From positions 381,684 through 445,683 of the forward strand of contig NIVC01000232.1 of NCBI GenBank assembly GCA_002269645.1: 64,000 bases of DNA. Direction: 5' to 3'. The DNA is from Macrostomum lignano. Its lineage: Eukaryota. The translations under genes and the position numbers were made by a program. Numbering within the stretch: the stretch's first letter is position 1; every line of letters begins with the position of its first letter. Below the pieces are notes generated by a model. It was not told the DNA's origin, did not search any database, and worked only from the letters and a program-made list of their open reading frames with translations. This document shows positions 50,505 to 61,973 of the stretch, in pieces.

Positions 50505-53500
50505 AGCTCTGTAGCTGGCGCCCCCTCTCTGTAGCTGGCGCCGCCTATGTAGCTGGCGCCCTCTCTGTAGCTGGCGCCCCCACTGTAGCTGGCGCTCCCT
50601 CTGTAGCTGGCGCCCCCTCTTTGTAGCTGGCGCCCCCTCTTTGTATCTGGCGCCCCCTCTTTGTATCTGGCGCCCCCTCTTTGTAGCTGGCGCCCCCTCT
50701 CTGTAGCTGGCGCCCCCTCTCTGTAGCTGGCGCCGCCTATGTAGCTGGCGCCCCCTCTCTGTAGCTGGCGCCGCCTATGTAGCTGCGCCCCCTCTATGTA
50801 GCTGGCGCCGCCTATGTAGCTGGCGCCCCCTCTCTGTAGCTGGCGCCGCCTATGTAGCTGGCGCCCTCTCTGTAGCTGGCGCTACCACTGTAGCTGGCGC
50901 CCCCTCTTTGTATCTGGCGCCCCCTCTTTGTAGCTGGCGCCCCCTCTCTGTAGCTAGCGCCCCCTCTCTGTAGCTGGCGCCGCCTATGTAGCTGGCACCC
51001 CCTCTCTGTAGCTGGCGCCCCCTCTCTGTAGCTGGCGCCCCCTCTCTGTAGCTGGCGCCGCCTATGTAGCTGGCGCCCCCTCTCTGTAGCTGGCGCCCCC
51101 TCTCTGTAGCTGGCGCCCCCTCTCTGTAGCTGGCGCCCCCTATGTAGCTGGCGCCCCCTCTATAGCTGGGCTCCCCTGTAGCTGGCGCCCCCTCTATAGC
51201 TGGGCTCCCCTGTAGCTGGCGCCCCCTCTCTGTAGCTGGCGCCCCCTCTCTGTAGCTGGCGCCGCCTATGTAGCTGGCGCCCCCTCTCTGTAGCTGGCGC
51301 CCCCTCTCTGTAGCTGGCGCCCCCTATGTAGCTGGCGCCCCCTCTATAGCTGGGCTCCCCTGTAGCTGGCGCCCCCTCTATAGCTGGGCTCCCCTGTAGC
51401 TGGCGCCCCCTCTCTGTAGCTGGCGCCGTCTATGTAGCTGGCGCCCTCTCTGTAGCTGGCGCCGCCTATGTAGCTGGCGCCCCCTCTCTGTAGCTGGCGC
51501 CGCCTATGTAGCTGGCGCCCTCTCTGTAGCTGGCGCTACCACTGTAGCTGGCGCCCCCTCTTTGTATCTGGCGCCCCCTCTTTGTAGCTGGCGCCCCCTC
51601 TCTGTAGCTGGCGCCGCCTATGTAGCTGGCGCCCCCTCTTTGTAGCTGGCGCCCCCTCTCTGTAGCTGGCGCCCCCTCTCTGTAGCCAGCGCCCCCTATG
51701 TAGCTGGCGCCCCCTCTATAGCTGGGCTCCCCTGTAGCTGGCGCCCCCTCTCTGTAGCTGGCGCCGCCTATGTAGCTGGCGCCCTCTCTGTAGCTGGCGC
51801 CCCCTCTGTAGCTGGCGCCGTCTATGTAGCTGGCGCCCTCTCTGTAGCTGGCGCCGTCTATGTAGCTAGCGCCCGCTCTGTAGCTGGCGCCCCCTCTGTA
51901 GCTGGCGCCCCCTCTTTGTAGCTGGCGTCCCCCTCTATAGCTGGCGCCCCCTCTCTGTAGTTGGCGCCCCCTCTTTGTATCTGGCGCCCCCTCTTTGTAG
52001 CTGGCGCCCCCTCTCTGTAGCTGGCGCCGCCTATGTAGCTGGCGCCCCCTCTCTGTAGCTGGCGCCGCCTATGTAGCTGGCACCCCCTCTCTGTAGCTGG
52101 CGCCCCCTCTCTGTAGCTGGCGCCCTCTCTGTAGCTGGCGCTACCACTGTAGCTGGCGCCCCCTCTTTGTATCTGGCGCCCCCTCTTTGTAGCTGGCGCC
52201 CCCTCTCTGTAGCTGGCGCCCCCTCTCTGTAGCTGGCGCCGCCTATGTAGCTGGCACCCCCTCTCTGTAGCTGGCGCCCCCTCTCTGTAGCTGGCGCCCC
52301 CTCTCTGTAGCTGGCGCCGCCTATGTAGCTGGCGCCCCCTCTCTGTAGCTGGCGCCCCCTCTCTGTAGCTGGCGCCCCCTCTCTGTAGCTGGCGCCCCCT
52401 ATGTAGCTGGCGCCCCCTCTATAGCTGGGCTCCCCTGTAGCTGGCGCCCCCTCTATAGCTGGGCTCCCCTGTAGCTGGCGCCCCCTCTCTGTAGCTGGCG
52501 CCGTCTATGTAGCTGGCGCCCTCTCTGTAGCTGGCGCCGTCTATGTAGCTGGCGCCCCCTCTGTAGCTGGCGCCCCCTCTTTGTATCTGGCGCCCCCTCT
52601 TTGTAGCTGGCGCCCCCTCTCTGTAGCTGGCGCCCCCTCTCTGTAGCTGGCGCCCCCTCTCTGTAGCTGGCGCCGCCTATGTAGCTGGCACCCCCTCTCT
52701 GTAGCTGGCGCCCCCTCTCTGTAGCTGGCGCCCCCTCTCTGTAGCTGGCGCCGCCTATGTAGCTGGCGCCCCCTCTCTGTAGCTGGCGCCCCCTCTCTGT
52801 AGCTGGCGCCCCCTCTCTGTAGCTGGCGCCCCCTATGTAGCTGGCGCCCCCTCTATAGCTGGGCTCCCCTGTAGCTGGCGCCCCCTCTATAGCTGGGCTC
52901 CCCTGTAGCTGGCGCCCCCTCTCTGTAGCTGGCGCCGTCTATGTAGCTGGCGCCGTCTATGTAGCTGGCGCCCGCTCTGTAGCTGGCGCCCCCTCTTTGT
53001 ATCTGGCGCCCCCTCTTTGTAGCTGGCGCCCCCTCTCTGTAGCTGGCGCCGCCTCTATAGCTGGCGCCCCCGATGTAGCTGGCGCCCCCTCTTTGTAGCT
53101 GGCGCCCCCTCTCTGTAGCTGGCGCCCCTCTCTGTAGCTGGCGCCCCCTCTCTGTAGCTGGCGCCCCCTCTGTAGCTTGCATGGCACCCCTCTGTAGCTG
53201 GCGCCCCCTCTGTAGCTTGCATGGCACCCCTCTGTAGCTGGCGCCCCCTCTGTAGCTTGCATGGCACCCCTCTGTAGCTGGCGCCCCCTCTGTAGCTTGC
53301 ATGGCACCCCTCTGTAGCTGGCGCCCCCTCTGTAGCTGGCGCCCCCTCTGTAGCTGGCGCCCCCTCTGTAGCTTGCATGGCACCCCTCTGTAGCTGGCGC
53401 CCCCTCTGTAGCTGGCGCCCCCTCTGTAGCTTGCATGGCACCCCTCTGTAGCTGGCGCCCCCTCTGTAGCTGGCGCCCCTCTGTAGCTTGCATGGCACCC

Positions 53501-54150
53501 CTCTGTAGCTGGCGCCCCCTCTGTAGCTGGCGCCCCCTCTGTAGCTTGCATGGCACCCCTCTGTAGCTGGCGCCCCCTCTGTAGCTGGCGCCCCCTCTGT
53601 AGCTTGCATGGCACCCCTCTGTAGCTGGCGCCCCCTCTGTAGCTGGCGCCCCCTCTGTAGCTTGCATGGCACCCCTCTGTAGCTGGCGCCCCCTCTGTAG
53701 CTGGCGCCCCCTCTGTAGCTTGCATGGCACCCCTCTGTAGCTGGCGCCCCCTCTGTAGCTGGCGCCCCCTCTGTAGCTTGCATGGCACCCCTCTGTAGCT
53801 GGCGCCCCCTCTGTAGCTTGCATGGCACCCCTCTGTAGCTGGCGCCCCCTCTGTAGCTGGCGCCCCCTCTGTAGCTTGCATGGCACCCCTCTGTAGCTGG
53901 CGCCCCCTCTGTAGCTGGCGCCCCCTCTGTAGCTTGCATGGCACCCCTCTGTAGCTGGCGCCCCCTCTGTAGCTTGCATGGCACCCCTCTGTAGCTGGCG
54001 CCCCCTCTGTAGCTGGCGCCCCCTCTGTAGCTTGCATGGCACCCCTCTGTAGCTGGCGCCCCCTCTGTAGCTGGCGCCCCCTCTGTAGCTGGCGCCCCCT
54101 CTGTAGCTTGCATGGCACCCCTCTGTAGCTGGCGTCCCCTCTCTGTAGCT
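50505..54150. repeat. 18-22-bp minisatellite (tgtagctggcgccccctc[tc]; tgtagcttgcatggcacccctc variant in 53165-54130), same CACNB intron
   Basis: About 3.6 kb with recurring blocks of variants. Confidence 0.97.
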
Positions 54151-54292
54151 AGAAGCCACAAAGACATTCATGGCTCTCAGGACCAGCCTATAAAAGTTAG
54201 CGAACGGGCTATTTCGCCTACTGAAAGTAACAACTAACAAAAATAAAATCATTTCTAAACAATAAAAATCGACGTCAAAAATCCGCATGCAG

Positions 54293-54680
54293 GGCAGCGT
54301 CGAGTCGAACTACTCGGACGATCAGAGCTCAACTGGCGCCAGCGTAGACGAGGAGACGAAACGCGAGCGTCAGAAACAAGCGGCCGAACAGCTGGAGAAA
54401 GCGAAAACTAAACCTGTAGCATTTGCCGTCAGAACCAATGTTGCCTATGATGGCGCTAACGATAACGAATGCCCAGTTCCCGGGCAAGCCATCACGTTTG
54501 GGGCTAAAGATTTTCTACACATCAAAGAGAAATTCGACAGCTATTGGTGGATTGGCCGCCTGGTGAAGGAGGGCTGCGATTGTCAATTCGTGCCGTCACC
54601 AGCTAGGCTGGATAATTTGAGAATTCAGCAGCGTGCTGGCACGTCTAGGAGCGCTGGGTCTGCTGGGGCCGTGGCTACAG
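54293..54680 (+). CDS. CACNB: CACNB exon (SH3 domain)
   Basis: [10 protein letters not shown]...[22 protein letters not shown]...[33 protein letters not shown], diagnostic of the Cav beta SH3 domain; phase-1 gtgggt donor. Confidence 0.95.
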
Positions 54681-54699
54681 GTGGGTGCTGGGGAGCTGG

Positions 54700-55512
54700 G
54701 TAATACCCCGCTGTAATACCCCTAGAATACCTGGTGTAATACCCCTAGAACACCTGGTGTAATACCCCTAGACACAACTGGTGTAATACCCCGAGACACA
54801 ACTGGTGTAATACTAATACCCCTAGACACAACTGGTGTAATACCCCTAGACACAACTGGTGTAATACCCCTAGACACAACTGGTGTAATACCCCTAGACA
54901 CAACTGGTGTAATACCCCTAGACACAACTGGTGTAATACCCCTAGACATACCTGGTGTAATACCCCTAGACTTACCTGGTGTAATACCCCTAGACTTACC
55001 TGGTGTAATACCCCTAGACTTACCTGGTGTAATACCCCTCTAGACTTACCTGGTGTAATACCCCTAGAATACCTGGTGTAATACCCCTAGACTTACCTGG
55101 TGTAATACCCCTAGACATACCTGGTGTAATACCCCTAGACTTACCTGGTGTAATACCCCTCTAGACTTACCTGGTGTAATACCCCTCTAGACTTACCTGG
55201 TGTAATACCCCTAGAATACCTGGTGTAATACCCCTAGACTTACCTGGTGTAATACCCCTAGACATACCTGGTGTAATACCCCTAGACTTACCTGGTGTAA
55301 TACCCCTAGACTTACCTGGTGTAATACCCCTAGACTTACCTGGTGTAATACCCCTCTAGACTTACCTGGTGTAATACCCCTCTAGACTTACCTGGTGTAA
55401 TACCCCTCTAGACTTACCTGGTGTAATACCCCTCTAGACTTACCTGGTGTAATACCCCTCTAGACTTACCTGGTGTAATACCCCTCTAGGCTTACCTGGT
55501 GTAATACCCCTG
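54700..55512. repeat. 24-26-bp minisatellite (acctggtgtaatacccctagactt), CACNB intron
   Basis: About 33 units. Confidence 0.96.
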
Positions 55513-55567
55513 GACATGCATTGTGTACCGATACGCACTAATACGCGCCGCACGTATCCACTGCCAG

Positions 55568-55710
55568 GCACCCCGCCAGCCGCGCCCGGTCCGCTCGTAA
55601 CGGACGGGCCTGACGAGTCGGACAAAGGAGACTCGGACTCGCTCGGCCGCGGAGGCGGCGGCGCTGGAGCGCGGGGCGATGCGGCCAGGAAAAAAGCGTT
55701 TTTCAAAAAG
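55568..55710 (+). CDS. CACNB: CACNB exon (HOOK region)
   Basis: Phase-1 ctgccag acceptor; TPPAAPGPLVTDGPDES...RKKAFFKK|gttttg; the KKxFFKK motif precedes the GK domain. Confidence 0.85.
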
Positions 55711-55824
55711 GTTTTGACGCTGTTGTATTGGTTGATAGTTCAGAAATTTTAGTATATGGATTTGCGATGCTGTCAGGCGGGTCTCTGCATGTACATGTTA
55801 CCTGTCAGTTCTTGAACCTGTTTG

Positions 55825-56460
55825 GTTGGTCAGGTTGGTCAGGTTCAAAAACTGTCAGGTTGGTCAGGTCCTTAAACTGTCAGGTTGGTTGCAGGTCCTT
55901 AAACTGTCAGGTTGGTCAGATCCTTAAACTGTCAGGTTGGTCGCAGGTCCTTGAACTGTCAGGTTGGTCGCAGGTCCTTAAACTGTCAGGTTGGTCAGGT
56001 TCAAAAACTGTCAGGTTGGTCAGGTCCTTAAACTGTCAGGTTGGTCGCAGGTCCTTAAACTGTCAGGTTGGTCAGATCCTTAAACTGTCAGGTTGGTCGC
56101 AGGTCCTTAAACTGTCAGGTTGGTCAGATCCTTAAACTGTCAGGTTGGTCAGGTCCTTGAACTGTCAGGTTGGTCAGATCCTTAAACTGTCAGGTTGGTC
56201 AGTTCCTTGAACTGTCAGGTTGGTCAGATCCTTAAACTGTCAGGTTGGTCAGGTCCTTGAACTGTCAGGTTGGTCAGGTCCTTAAACTGTCAGGTTGGTC
56301 AGGTCCTTGAACTGTCAGGTTGGTCAGCTCCTTGAACTGTCAGGTTGGTCAGCTCCTTGAACTGTCAGGTTGGTCAGCTCCTTGAACTGTCAGGTTGGTC
56401 AGCTCCTTGAACTGTCAGGTTGGTCAGCTCCTTGAACTGTCAGGTTGGTCAGATCCTTTA
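55825..56460. repeat. 25-27-bp minisatellite (aaactgtcaggttggtcaggtcctt), CACNB intron
   Basis: About 25 units. Confidence 0.96.
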
Positions 56461-56513
56461 ACTTGCCAGGTGGATTACTAATCCTACAAAAACTTCGCCT
56501 CCTAAACCTTCAG

Positions 56514-56763
56514 ACTGATGCAGCCCCACCATATGAGGTGGTGCCCTCCATGCGACCCGTGATCCTACTGGGCCCCAGCCTAAAAGGCTACGAAGTCACC
56601 GACATGATGCAACGGGCCGTGTTCGACTTTCTGAAGCGTCGTTTCGAAGGCCGAATCATCATCACCCAGGTGTCGTCGGATATCTCGCTGGCTAAGCGAA
56701 GCGTTCTCAATAATCCAAGTCGGAGGGCACTGATTGAGCGGGGGTCCAGGTCCAGCAATATTG
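56514..56763 (+). CDS. CACNB: CACNB exon (guanylate kinase-like domain, part 1)
   Basis: [84 protein letters not shown]|gtgagt. Confidence 0.95.
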
Positions 56764-56799
56764 GTGAGTTTAACAGTGCCCGGGTCGCTTGGCTCTGAC

Positions 56800-57452
56800 T
56801 CCTGACCCCCACTGACTATATCTTGACCCCCCACTGACTATATCTGACCTGCACTGACTATATCTGACCCCCACTGACTATATCCTGATCCCCACTGACT
56901 ATATCTTGACCCCCACTGACTATATCCTGACCCCCCAATGACTATATCCTGACCCCCACGGACCATATCTGACCCCCACTGACTATATCCTGTTTCCCCA
57001 CTGACTATATCCTGATCGGCTGATCCCCACTGACTATATCCTGACCCCCACTGACTATATCCTGACCCCCACTGACTATATCCTGACCCCCACTGACTAT
57101 ATCCTGACCCCCACTGACCATATATGACCCCCACTGACTATATCCTGATCCCCACTGACTATATCTTGACCCCCACTGACTATATCCTGACCCCCACTGA
57201 CTATATCTTGACCCCCACTGACTATATCCTGACCCCCCACTGACTATATCCTGACCCCCACTGACTATATCCTGATCCCCACTGACTATATACTGACCCC
57301 CACTGACTATATCCTGATCCCCACTGACTATATACTGACCCCCACTGACTATATCTTGACCCCCACTGACTATATCCTGATCCCCACTGACTATATCTTG
57401 ACCCCCACTGACTATATCCTGACCCCCACTGACTATATCCTGACCCGCACTG
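56800..57452. repeat. 21-bp minisatellite (ccccactgactatatcctgac), CACNB intron
   Basis: About 31 units. Confidence 0.96.
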
Positions 57453-57600
57453 ATTTTGTCTGACCCAGTTGACTTCTTTGACTCCCTTTGACCTCCACTA
57501 AATGGATCTCTACAGTATGTACCCCATATCGACACCCAATGACTCCCACTGAACCCTAACTGACCCAAAGTGACCCCTTCCCCCTGTAATAAAATTTCAG

Positions 57601-57848
57601 CCGAAGTTCAGCAAGAGATCGAGCGAATATTCGAACTAGCCAGAACCCTGCAGCTCGTGGTGCTGGACTGCGACACCATCAACCACCCGGGCCAGCTGGC
57701 CAAGACCTCTCTAGCTCCCATCATAGTCTACCTGAAGATCAACTCTGTCAAGGTATTACAGCGGCTAATTAAAAGTCGGGGCAAATCGCAGACTAGAAAC
57801 ATGACTCAGCAACTTAGCTTGGCTGAGAAACTGCTGCAATGCAGCCCG
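57601..57848 (+). CDS. CACNB: CACNB exon (GK domain, part 2)
   Basis: [68 protein letters not shown]...KLLQCSP|gtgagt. Confidence 0.95.
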
Positions 57849-57904
57849 GTGAGTCAGTTCTCATATTTCTATTACTCATATACTTCTTTTAAGGGTGACA
57901 TATA

Positions 57905-58905
57905 TCGAAGAGTACTTTCCAAAGTGACATAGATCGGAGTGCTTGTAAGAATGACATGGCTCGGAGTGCTTTCAAGGGTGACATGGATCGGAGCGCTTGT
58001 AAGAATGACTTGGCTCGGAGTGCTTTCAAGAGTGACATGGATCGGAGCGCTTGTAAGAATGACATGGCTTGGAGTGCTTGTAAGAATGACATGACTTGGA
58101 GTGCTTGTAAGAATGACATGGCTCGGAGTGCTTTCAAGAGTGACATGGATCGGAGCGCTTGTAAGAATGACATGGCTTGGAGTGCTTGTAAGAATGACAT
58201 GGCTTGGAGTGCTTGTAAGAATGACATGGCTTGGAGTGCTTGTAAGAATGACATGGCTCGGAGTGCTTGTAAGAGTGACATGGATCGGAGCGCTTGTAAG
58301 AGTGACATGGATCGGAGTGCTATCAAGAGTGAAATGGATCGGAGTGCTTTCAAGAGTGACATGGATCGGAGTGCTTGTAAGAGTGAGATACATTGATCGG
58401 AGTGCTTGTAAGAGTGATATACATTGATCGTAGTGCTTGTAAGAGTGACATACATTGATCGGAGTGCTTTCCAGAGTGACATGGATCGGAGTGCTTTCAA
58501 GAGTGACATGGATCGGAGTGCTTGTAAGAGTGACATACATTGATCGGAGTGCTTGTAAGAGTGACATACATTGATCGGAGTGCTTGTAAATTGTAAGAGT
58601 GACATACATTGATCGGAGTGCTTGTAAATTGTAAGAGTGACATACATTGATCGGAGTGCTTGTAAATTGTAAGAGTGACATACATTGATCGGAGTGCTTG
58701 TAAATTGTAAGAGTGACATACATTGATCGGAGTGCTTGTAAGAGTGACATACATGGATCGGAGTGCTTTCCAAAGTGACATGGACCGGAGTGCTATCAAG
58801 AGTGACATTGATCAGAGTGCTTTTTAAGAGTGACATGAATCGGAGTGCTATCAAGCGTGACATGCATGGATTGGAGTGTTTTCAAAAGTGACATGGATCG
58901 GGGAG
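57905..58905. repeat. 27-bp minisatellite (gagtgacatggatcggagtgcttgtaa) with longer variants, CACNB intron
   Basis: About 35 units. Confidence 0.95.
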
Positions 58906-59113
58906 TGCTGCCAAGAGTGCCTTCAGGAGTGAAATATTGGGAGTGCCTTTAAAAGTGACGGAATTGATTTCTTTCTGGAAACACTTATAGTATACTGCTT
59001 TCAGTAGTGAAAAAAAACAAAAAATTAAAGTGCTTTCAAAGATTGAATATGAAAAAACCGCGGCCTGTAAACTGTTTAGAGCAATAAGAAACCAAAATCC
59101 ATGCGCTATCCAG

Positions 59114-59296
59114 GACTCATTCGATGTCGCCCTGGACGAGAACCAGCTGGAGGACGCTTGCGAGCACCTGTCCGAGTACCTGGAGGCCTACTGGCGGGCC
59201 ACTCATCCGCCTTCAATGCTGAGCAAAGCCGAACGGTTGCTGGGACTGGGCGGCGCCGTCCCGCCGCATCCCGCCTCACAGCCGCTGCCGCCGCAG
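59114..59296 (+). CDS. CACNB: CACNB exon (end of GK domain)
   Basis: [33 protein letters not shown]...PPQ|gtgaat. Confidence 0.93.
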
Positions 59297-59444
59297 GTGA
59301 ATGAATTTGAAAATGTTGATTTGGATTGTGTTGACTGTTAATTGGTGTCCTCATTTGCCATTGGTCATGTCACCTCCCCTATGTTTATTCCCTTCCCCCA
59401 TCCGTATACCCTCTCCGAACCGTCGCTGCCATCTCCCTCCGTCT

Positions 59445-60295
59445 AAGCCCTCTCCCCTCTGTCTCTACCCTCTTCCCTCTGTCTCTACCCTCTCCCCGCC
59501 GTCTGTACCCTCTTCCCTCTGTCTCTACCCTCTCCCCACCATCTCTAACCTCTCCCCGCCGTCTGTACCCTCTTCCCTCTGTCTCTACCCTCTCCCCATC
59601 ATCTCTACCCTCTCCCCGCCGTCTGTACCCTCTTCCCTCTGTCTCTACCCTCTCCCCACCATCTCTAACCTCTCCCCGCCGTCTGTACCCTCTTCCCTCT
59701 GTCTCTACCCTCTCCCCGCCGTCTGTACCCTCTTCCCTCTGTCTCTAACCTCTCCCCGCCGTCTGTACCCTCTTCCCTCTGTCTCTACCCTCTCCCCGCC
59801 GTCTGTACCCTCTTCCCTCTGTCTCTACCCTCTCCCCGCCGTCTGTACCCTCTTCCCTCTGTCTCTACCCTCTCCCCGCCGTCTGTACCCTCTTCCCTCT
59901 GTCTCTACCCTCTCCCCGCCGTCTGTACCCTCTTCCCTCTGTCTCTAACCTCTCCCCGCCGTCTGTACCCTCTTCCCTCTGTCTCTACCCTCTCCCCGCC
60001 GTCTGTACCCTCTTCCCTCTGTCTCTACCCTCTCCCCGCCGTCTCTACCCTCTCCCCTCTGTCTCTACCCTCTCCCCTCTGTCTCTACCCTCTCCCCTCT
60101 GTCTCTACCCTCTCCCCACCGTCTCTAACCTCTCCCCACCGTCTGTACCCTCTTCCCTCTGACTATACCCTCCCCCCTCTAACTATACCCTCTCCCCTCT
60201 GTCTGTACCCTCCCTCCTCTGTGTATATCCTCTTCCCTCTGTCTCTACCCTCTACCCTCTCCAATCTGTCTATACCCCTTCCCCGCCGCCTACAC
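59445..60295. repeat. Pyrimidine-rich 20-bp/40-bp dimeric minisatellite (ctctaccctctccccgccgt-ctgtaccctcttccctctgt), CACNB last intron
   Basis: Alternating 20-mers. Confidence 0.95.
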
Positions 60296-60371
60296 CCTGT
60301 CACAATCTTCCCCTCATTCTAAACACACTCGCACTAAATTGTCACTGCTTTTACCTGTCATATTTAAACAG

Positions 60372-60629
60372 CCGATGCGCAATCACCAGCAGCAGCAGCA
60401 GCAGCCGCTGCCTCAACCGCAGCACCAGCACAGCGGCTCAGGCGGCAGCGGCGGCGGCCTGTGGTGCGGCGATCCGGAAGATTTCCGAAGCGATCGCCAG
60501 CTTCGAGTTGGCGCCGGCGCCGGCGCCTCCGCCAGTCAGGGTCAGGGGCAGCAGCGGAGGCGCCAGCTGCCCCAACCGCCGCCGCCGCCGCCGCCCGCAC
60601 CGAATTTTGGTCAGCGTGGCATCATTTAA
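60372..60629 (+). CDS. CACNB: CACNB probable last coding exon (Q/G/P-rich tail)
   Basis: tttaaacag acceptor in phase 0; PMRNHQQQQQQ...PPPPPPPAPNFGQRGII*, followed by an AT-rich 3' UTR. Confidence 0.7.
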   Translation, partial: PMRNHQQQQQQPLPQPQHQHSGSGGSGGGLWCGDPEDFRSDRQLRVGAGAGASASQGQGQQRRRQLPQPPPPPPPAPNFGQRGII

Positions 60630-61380
60630 AACAAAAAATACAAATTCATCATATATTGCTACTGATAATTGACCTATTAGTAGTGTAAAACATTTTCCTT
60701 TGTCGCTTTTTTGTTGAATAACAATTTACTAGAAAAAATGCGTTTTTGAGAATTTTAAGAAAAAAGCAATTTTGTTTATTTATAAATTTCCTTTATTTTT
60801 ATGTCTAGCCTTTTATCTGGTCTTTAAGAGCAATGAATTCTCGTGCCCATTCTGCAGCAGTGTGACATTATTTATACATTTTGTAGCTTTTTAATCTTTT
60901 TTTTTCACTCGCCTAGTCATGGTTTATTATTTGTCTCGATGTTTTAACATTTTAAACCTGTAAATAACTTTATTGATATATTTAGAATGTTGATATTTAC
61001 TATGATTTATTAAATATGTTTATTCTGTCTGTTTATCACATAACCAATAAGCTTGCAGTGGTTTGCTCTAACTATACTTCTAGTTATATACAAAGTCTAT
61101 ATTAACATTTACTCGAAATTGCTGTAACGTTTTAATTGTCTGACTATAAATTTAACAGTGTGATTGCCATTTTGATTATTATTTTCCATTTTCTTTATTG
61201 TTCAGAAGAAACACGTTTTAATGCTTCTTTTGTTAAAGCGATGTATACTATAGCAAAAATAATAAATCTATACAAAGCATGAAAATTAATTATACTAAAA
61301 TATTAAATGTATTTCATTTACTAATTATAAATATCAGCTAAGTGGATTTTGTGATTGTTTTAAAAGACCCCCTAGCCTTG

Positions 61381-61810
61381 TAGGGGGTTGTCGGCTAGTG
61401 GGGGGTTGTCGCCTGGTAGGGGGTTGTAGCCTAGTGTTGGGGTTGTAGCCTGGTAGGGGATTGTAGGCTATTGGGGGGTTGTAGCCTGGGGGTTGTAGCC
61501 TGGGGGTTGTAGCCTGGGGTTGTAGCCTGGTTGGGGGTTGTAGGCTAGTGTTGGGGTTGTAGCCTAGTGTTGGGGTTGTAGCCTAGTGTTGGGGGTTGTA
61601 GCCTAGTGTTGGGGGTTGTAGCCTAGTGTTGGGGTTGTAGCCTAGTGTTGGGGGTTGTAGCCTGGTAGGGGATTGTAGGCTATTGGGGGTTGTAGCCTGG
61701 GGTTGTAGCCTGGTTGGGGGTTGTAGGCTAGTGGGGTTGTAGCCTGGGGGTTGTAGCCTGGTTGGGGTTGTAGCCTGGTAGAGGGTTGTAGGCTAGTGGG
61801 GGTTGTAGCC
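61381..61810. repeat. 14-20-bp G-rich minisatellite (ggggttgtagcct[agtgtt/gg]) running into the tRNA-like head
   Basis: The unit equals the first 12 nt of the tRNA-like sequence. Confidence 0.92.
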
Positions 61811-61870
61811 AAAGGGTTAGAGCGTCAGACTCACGACTTGAAAGTCGGGGTTCGATTCCGGATCCCACTT
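61799..61870 (+). pseudogene. tRNA-derived sequence (SINE head or tRNA pseudogene, CAC at the anticodon position)
   Basis: Pol III A box TAGCCAAAGGG and B box GGTTCGATTCC at tRNA spacing; anticodon-arm-like TCAGA-CTCACGA-CTTGA. T-stem and acceptor stem pair poorly, so it is not a functional tRNA. Confidence 0.6.
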
Positions 61871-61973
61871 GTAACAAATTGCCATGGTGCTTCGGGCTTT
61901 TTCTTGTCAACCTTTTGGGTTCTCCTCGAGCGACCTCTTGAGACGGCCTCCCAATCTGCCAGATGGTCTTTAC

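Noticed and set aside
52853-54288. Minus-strand repetitive ORFs (ATEGAP, GASYRG)
   Set aside because: Minisatellite translations antisense to CACNB.
615-61810. Possible CRISPR-like arrays among the tandem repeats
   Set aside because: No unique spacers between units, no cas genes, and eukaryotic intron context.
61799-61870. Functional tRNA-Val(CAC) gene
   Set aside because: T-stem and acceptor stem do not pair properly; kept only as a tRNA-derived element.
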